Shown here: positions 27,400-32,000 of the stretch, one piece after another | How the letters are laid out: every line of letters begins with the position of its first letter | Numbering within the stretch: the stretch's first letter is position 1 | NCBI RefSeq assembly: GCF_003072485.1 | Contig: NZ_CP025989.1 | Location: forward strand, 720,001-752,000 | DNA from: Candidatus Fokinia solitaria | GTDB lineage: Bacteria; Pseudomonadota; Alphaproteobacteria; Rickettsiales; Midichloriaceae | Length of the DNA stretch: 32,000 nucleotides | Direction of reading: 5' to 3' | Translations under genes and position numbers: made by a program | Notes under the pieces: generated by a model | The model's input: the letters and a program-made list of their open reading frames with translations, nothing else | Told to the model about the DNA's origin: nothing | The model's database searches: none

Positions 27400-27690
27400 G
27401 GAATTCTGTTGCTCGGCTCCCCAAAACCGCCGGTTCAGAGAAAACTGTTATGCAAAAGCAGTTTGTAGTCTCTCTTCTCCATGCATTACGTTGTCGTTTG
27501 CATTTATTTTTACGATCAATTTTACAGCTGCATCACGCTGAGTAAAAGCTGCACCCTTTGAATATATGTCGAATCTATTTCACCCCCTCTTTGGTGGAGA
27601 TGTCGAGTTCTGCCCTCGAGTCCATTATATTTATTACGGAGAGTATTTATTACCATAGACTGACTTGCGTCGATCGCTTTTATGGTATCA
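27400..27690 (-). ncRNA. ssrA: Circularly permuted two-piece transfer-messenger RNA (outer ends approximate)
   Basis: Coding piece 5' end GGGGGTGAAATAGATTCGACA from 27587. Resume/tag ORF GCA AAC GAC AAC GTA ATG CAT GGA GAA GAG AGA CTA CAA ACT GCT TTT GCA TAA at 27501-27448 (ANDNVMHGEERLQTAFA). Helix AAACTG/CAGTTT flanks the tag stop. Acceptor piece ends CATCTCC-A-CCA (27602-27592); CATCTCC pairs with GGGGGTG over 7 bp. TATATT (27561-27566) pairs with AATATA (27626-27631) as an H2-like helix between pieces. Confidence 0.85.
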
Positions 27691-28169
27691 TCATTAAAAT
27701 AGCTAGTAAAGTACTACATTTACCTCACGCCAAGATAAAATATACCAGCCATCGCACGCGCGCGCGGAAACGTTGAGACAGTTACTATATAATACAGTAC
27801 GAAAGATCTTATAGAGTAAGACATAGCCAACAAGAAAGAAAAAGAGAAACATTAAGTCGTGCATGCTTAACAAAAAAGACAAGAAAATTTTACTCACCTT
27901 CAAGATAACCATCTCTCTACAGCTTACAAATAATCCGTTAATACGATCTTGGCACTCTACTACCACATACTATATTTCTCCGCGAAATTCGTTAATTCTG
28001 CGCTTCTCCTTCCAAAAAAGAACAGATAAAAATTAATCAAATTCTATCAATGCATTTAATCTTTCGACGTACTTTACCTTCTATTTCACTCAGAAAGTAA
28101 GAGTAAGGTTCTTTTCATCTATCACTTTAACTTTTTTAAGTGAAATAGATGGTAAAATGCTGCTAATAC

Positions 28170-28868
28170 TTGAATTTAAATAACGTAAAATTTACTCTAC
28201 CTACAATCATAGATAATAAATTTAAACTTCTTACGATGCATGAGGTAGAATCGATGCTACAAGCAGGTACAGATATCGTCTTGCATTCATGTTGCGCACC
28301 ATGCTCTGGAGAGGTGATCAGAAAAATGAAAGATGCTGGACTTAACATCACAATTTTCTTCTATAATCCTAACATACATCCGAAAGCAGAATATGAAATA
28401 CGTAAATCCGAAAACATAAGATATGCAGAAAAGCTCGGAATAGATTTCGTTGATGGAGATTATAACGTTCAAGACTGGTTCGCAAATGCAAAAGGATTAG
28501 AAAAAGAACCGGAAAGAGGCATAAGATGCACAATGTGCTTCGATATGCGCTTTGAAATAACGGCAAAATTTGCTAAGCAAAGAGGTGTGAATATATTCAC
28601 CAGCTCACTAGGAATATCGAGATGGAAAGATATGAGTCAAATCAATAACTGCGGTATCGCAGCTGCCAAAAAGCACAACGTACAGTATTGGACGTATAAT
28701 TGGAGATTGGACGGAGGCAGTGAAAGAATGTACAAAATAGCTAAATCAGAAGGATTCTATAAACAGGAGTATTGCGGATGTATATTTTCTTTGAGGGATA
28801 GCAATGAGTGGAGAGTAAAAAAAGGCAGAAAGCCAATCACTATATGCAAGGAATTTTATGAAGAATGA
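28170..28868 (+). CDS. queH: Epoxyqueuosine reductase QueH
   Basis: [51 protein letters not shown]-like CX2[48 protein letters not shown]. Confidence 0.93.
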   Translation: MNLNNVKFTLPTIIDNKFKLLTMHEVESMLQAGTDIVLHSCCAPCSGEVIRKMKDAGLNITIFFYNPNIHPKAEYEIRKSENIRYAEKLGIDFVDGDYNVQDWFANAKGLEKEPERGIRCTMCFDMRFEITAKFAKQRGVNIFTSSLGISRWKDMSQINNCGIAAAKKHNVQYWTYNWRLDGGSERMYKIAKSEGFYKQEYCGCIFSLRDSNEWRVKKGRKPITICKEFYEE

Positions 28869-29040
28869 AAAAAACATCGTACCATTCAGCGCGAAGCAGT
28901 AATACGAAAAGAACTAGTGATAATTGAAAAATACTACAATTCACAAAATTAGCATGTATTTTACTTCTCTATAGACATGGCTGCTGCCAGTTAGCTACTA
29001 TCGCAACTATCAAATAAGCATACAAATTTTTTACACTAAA

Positions 29041-29481
29041 ATGCAGCGAAGATCAGGATATCACTCTCTAAAGTTCATTTTAGTTACAGTCGTTGCTTTC
29101 TGTTGCTGCTGTTGCGATAACAACGATAATCAATATGGCAAATATGATAATCACAATAGCTTAAACAAACGCTCTTTTTCACTAATAAATGAGATATTAG
29201 CACTTTTTGGTGACAATGAAGCACGGTTAAAAACAGAATATTACACTGTCTTCTATTGGGAAAGGCTTTGGGAAAAGGATGAAAATTCAAATAGCATAAA
29301 ATTTGTAGGCATCGCAAAAGGGCTTTTGGCATGTAGAAATTTAGCAAAGCGATATGCGGGAGATATCAAAGAAGATTGGTGCTGGAGGTCATATTGCTGC
29401 AAAAGTACTGATGGTGGCGTTTATCGCTATGAAGATTATTTTGAAGAAACAGACTTTGGTAACTGCTGGTGGCTCCGATAG
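29041..29481 (+). CDS. Hypothetical secreted/lipoprotein-like protein with a five-cysteine run
   Basis: 146 aa, N-terminal hydrophobic segment SLKFILVTVVAFCCCCCDNNDN, then a soluble domain with WCWRSYCC and CWW. Confidence 0.5.
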   Translation: MQRRSGYHSLKFILVTVVAFCCCCCDNNDNQYGKYDNHNSLNKRSFSLINEILALFGDNEARLKTEYYTVFYWERLWEKDENSNSIKFVGIAKGLLACRNLAKRYAGDIKEDWCWRSYCCKSTDGGVYRYEDYFEETDFGNCWWLR

Positions 29482-29581
29482 TAATCAATTCCATAGATAC
29501 ATCGCGAAAGAATCATGAAAGAGTAAAAATCTACCGCTTTATTTCAATAATCCTACAGAATTGTTCTTCTCTGCAAAACGG

Positions 29582-29667
29582 TGGTGCCTAGGAGAGGACT
29601 CGAACCTCCATGACCGTAAAGTCATCGGCACCTGAAGCCGACGCGTATACCATTCCGCCACCTAGGC
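29582..29667 (-). tRNA. tRNA-Leu(CAG), CCA encoded
   Basis: Minus strand GCCTAGGTGGCGGAATGGTATACGCGTCGGCTTCAGGTGCCGATGACTTTACGGTCATGGAGGTTCGAGTCCTCTCCTAGGCACCA. 7-bp acceptor GCCTAGG/CCTAGGC, anticodon loop TTCAGGT, long variable arm, T-loop TTCGAGT. Confidence 0.97.
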
Positions 29668-29760
29668 ATTTCGACTAATTGCATTAATCGACTTTTCGTT
29701 GTAAACTATACTACGTATATTTTCTCACATGACAAGCGGAATAAAAATTTACTCGAGGTA

Positions 29761-31137
29761 ATGCTGAAGACTAATCATGGAAATAGCGCTTTTTATGGAA
29801 TATTGCTTTCCGTAACGCTTGCAATTTGCGTATCGATCGCACTGATGTGTGAACAGGTCAATACTGCAGATCGCGCAGTTCAGCAGCCTAGTCATGTGAA
29901 TACAGAGTTACAGTCTGTTAGTACGAGAGTCAATCTATATAAACTTGGCGACGATCGTCACTTAGCAAACATCTTTCAAACTTTAGGAATATCGCATGAT
30001 TCGTCTCAAAAGTTGGAAAATGATATTTTCAAAAAATACAAAAAAACAAAATTCAAGATAAATAGCAGCATACTGGTACAACAGCATGATTACGATAATA
30101 GCGGCACAAAGCTCTTAGAGGTAAAAAACGGGAAGGATCAAATCTGCGCAATGTTCAATGAAAAGCAGCAGATACATGTCGTGAAACACTTCAAAAACGT
30201 CAAAGCGACTTGTAAATTGCATAAAGACTTCCTCCTTCATGAATTTTCTAAAGTTGCAAAAAAAAGAAGACTACCTAAAGAATCGTCAATTTTCTTAGTA
30301 AATTGCAAATTAGATGGAAAATTACCATTTTCTCAGAATCTCAAAAAAAGCGGACTTTCTGATAAAGTAGTATATCATTGCAATAGTCTTATAAAGAATA
30401 TCGGATGTACAAAGAAGCTCCAAGGAGATTTCAAAGTGGCGTACTCTTATGCAAATAATGGCTCTCCTACGATCTTGTATATCTCTCTCCAAAAACATCT
30501 TAATAAACCTCCGATTGAAGCCTTCTTTTATAAGACTAGCACTCAAAGCGGATACTTCTTTAAAAATGGGGCATTGATCAATAAATCATCTCAAGCACGA
30601 AGTACGTTTATATCTCCAGTAAAAGGTAAAATAACATCTTCTTATGGACGGAGAAAACATCCGATTTTTGGCACATATCGCATGCATCGAGGCGTAGATT
30701 ATGGCGCACCACGAGGCACTTTAGTAGTTGCGTCAAATCATGGTACTATAGCAGAATGCTCATATAATAGCGGCTTAGGTAGATATGTCAGAATACAACA
30801 CGATAATGGATATTCCACGGTATATGCTCATCTATCACAGTTCAGTTCTGGTATAGCAGTTGGGAAAAAAGTATCTCAAAAACAAGTAATAGGATATGTT
30901 GGTAGTACTGGCACTTCTACTGGCTCTCACTTACATTTTGAAGTACGAAAAGGCAGAACTGCAATGAATCCACAGCTCGTATGTGGTAGTGCTACACATG
31001 GTATTGCAAAACAAACTAAAAACATACTGACAGCAGATTTTAAGTTGCATATGCATAATATTAAGAAATTGTTCTCAGCGCAACAAATGCCACATATTCA
31101 AACTGCACTTATATCACTGCCATATACGTTTTGGTAA
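29761..31137 (+). CDS. M23 family peptidoglycan DD-metallopeptidase
   Basis: N-terminal TM/signal, LytM domain SSYGRRKHPIFGTYRMHRGVDYGAP, ...GSTGTSTGSHLHFEVRKGRTAMNP (zinc ligands HxxxD and HxH). Confidence 0.95.
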   Translation: MLKTNHGNSAFYGILLSVTLAICVSIALMCEQVNTADRAVQQPSHVNTELQSVSTRVNLYKLGDDRHLANIFQTLGISHDSSQKLENDIFKKYKKTKFKINSSILVQQHDYDNSGTKLLEVKNGKDQICAMFNEKQQIHVVKHFKNVKATCKLHKDFLLHEFSKVAKKRRLPKESSIFLVNCKLDGKLPFSQNLKKSGLSDKVVYHCNSLIKNIGCTKKLQGDFKVAYSYANNGSPTILYISLQKHLNKPPIEAFFYKTSTQSGYFFKNGALINKSSQARSTFISPVKGKITSSYGRRKHPIFGTYRMHRGVDYGAPRGTLVVASNHGTIAECSYNSGLGRYVRIQHDNGYSTVYAHLSQFSSGIAVGKKVSQKQVIGYVGSTGTSTGSHLHFEVRKGRTAMNPQLVCGSATHGIAKQTKNILTADFKLHMHNIKKLFSAQQMPHIQTALISLPYTFW

Positions 31138-31164
31138 TGGCATTGGCAACTTATTGAATCTCTC

Positions 31165-32000
31165 ATGAAAGATTTTGATGTAATAATAGTCGGCGCAGGA
31201 CATGCTGGAATTGAAGCTGCTGCCGCTGCTGCAAGAAGAGGATGTAATGTATGTTTGATTACAAAATCTAATGCTAATCTTGGAGAGTTATCATGTAATC
31301 CATCAATAGGAGGAGTTGGTAAAGGCACTATCGTTAGAGAAATTGACGCATTAGATGGAATAATGTCTCAAGTTGCTGATATGAGTAGCATACATTTCAA
31401 AGTACTGAATTCTAGCAAAGGCCCTGCAGTATGGGGATATAGAGCGCAAATAGATAGAGAGGCGTACAAAAAGCACATGTCGTACGTGCTTTCTCAGTAT
31501 TATAATATCACAGCAATATTTGGAGAAGTAACAGATATTCTACTTGATAATCACTTAAATACAGTACAAGGCGTATCTGTTATTGAAGCAGATTCTTCCA
31601 ATCGTCATCAAATATTATCTAAGAGTATAGTAATTACCACCGGCACTTTCTTAAACGGAAAAATGTACATCGGTAACTCCATCTCAGCAGGAGGGCGGTA
31701 CGGGGAAAATGCTTCGGTAGAATTATCACAGTTATTTAAGAAGCTTAAATTTTCGACTGGTAGACTCAAAACAGGTACACCTGCACGAATAGTTAAAAAT
31801 TCAATTAACTATAAAGATCTTGAAGAACAGCATGGTGATATAACGCCACGAAAGTTTTCGACAAAAACGCTTCCATTCTCACAACAACAAATTAGTTGTT
31901 TTATTACTTATACAAATAATCTCACTCATGACATTATTAAGGAAAATATTCACAAATCTCCTATATATTCTAACCTCATACAATCGACAGGGCCTCGATA
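31165..32000 (+). CDS. mnmG: tRNA uridine-5-carboxymethylaminomethyl modification enzyme MnmG, partial (runs off right edge)
   Basis: MKDFDVIIVGAGHAGIEAAAAAARRGCNVCLITKSNANLGELSCNPSIGGVGKGTIVREIDALDGIM...GPAVWGYRAQIDR...TGTFLNGKMYIG...STGRLKTGTPAR. Absent from the track because no stop lies in the window. Confidence 0.97.
   Translation, partial: MKDFDVIIVGAGHAGIEAAAAAARRGCNVCLITKSNANLGELSCNPSIGGVGKGTIVREIDALDGIMSQVADMSSIHFKVLNSSKGPAVWGYRAQIDREAYKKHMSYVLSQYYNITAIFGEVTDILLDNHLNTVQGVSVIEADSSNRHQILSKSIVITTGTFLNGKMYIGNSISAGGRYGENASVELSQLFKKLKFSTGRLKTGTPARIVKNSINYKDLEEQHGDITPRKFSTKTLPFSQQQISCFITYTNNLTHDIIKENIHKSPIYSNLIQSTGPR

Noticed and set aside
27703-27966. 87-aa minus-strand hydrophobic ORF upstream of the tmRNA
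   Set aside because: Low complexity, no family resemblance, abuts the ssrA precursor; more likely 5' flanking sequence. Kept out for lack of support.
31098-31328. 76-aa minus-strand ORF
   Set aside because: Antisense to the start of mnmG, whose N-terminal FAD-binding motif is unambiguous on the plus strand.

Overview
The window is an AT-rich stretch of an alphaproteobacterial, probably Rickettsiales-like, chromosome. This placement is inferred from gene content and a circularly permuted tmRNA. Its left 45% is one minus-strand reading frame, open from ATG at 14356 past the left edge (at least 4785 codons). The six-frame track omits it because its stop lies outside the window. It encodes a giant, charged, apparently coiled-coil protein with an acidic repeat region containing a perfect in-frame 324-bp tandem duplication. 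The rest is mostly conserved genes: delta-9-type fatty-acid desaturase with a helical C-terminal extension, dnaX, a double-domain TrpR/YerC-like protein, comM, miaB, GH108-like lysozyme lipoprotein, gap, alr, exbD/tolR, hemW, rpsT, nuoC, permuted ssrA (tmRNA), queH, tRNA-Leu(CAG), M23 peptidase and partial mnmG. The observations most worth following up are: the giant ORF and its repeat; an unlisted two-piece tmRNA with a 4-nt intervening segment, unusual tag and odd T-loop; a hemW whose radical-SAM cysteine motif lies upstream of the ATG-based ORF, pointing to a non-AUG (CTG) start; a U8 -1 slippery heptamer followed at once by a stop in dnaX; and a tandem-fused TrpR-like regulator. All calls come from reading the sequence; no searches were run.
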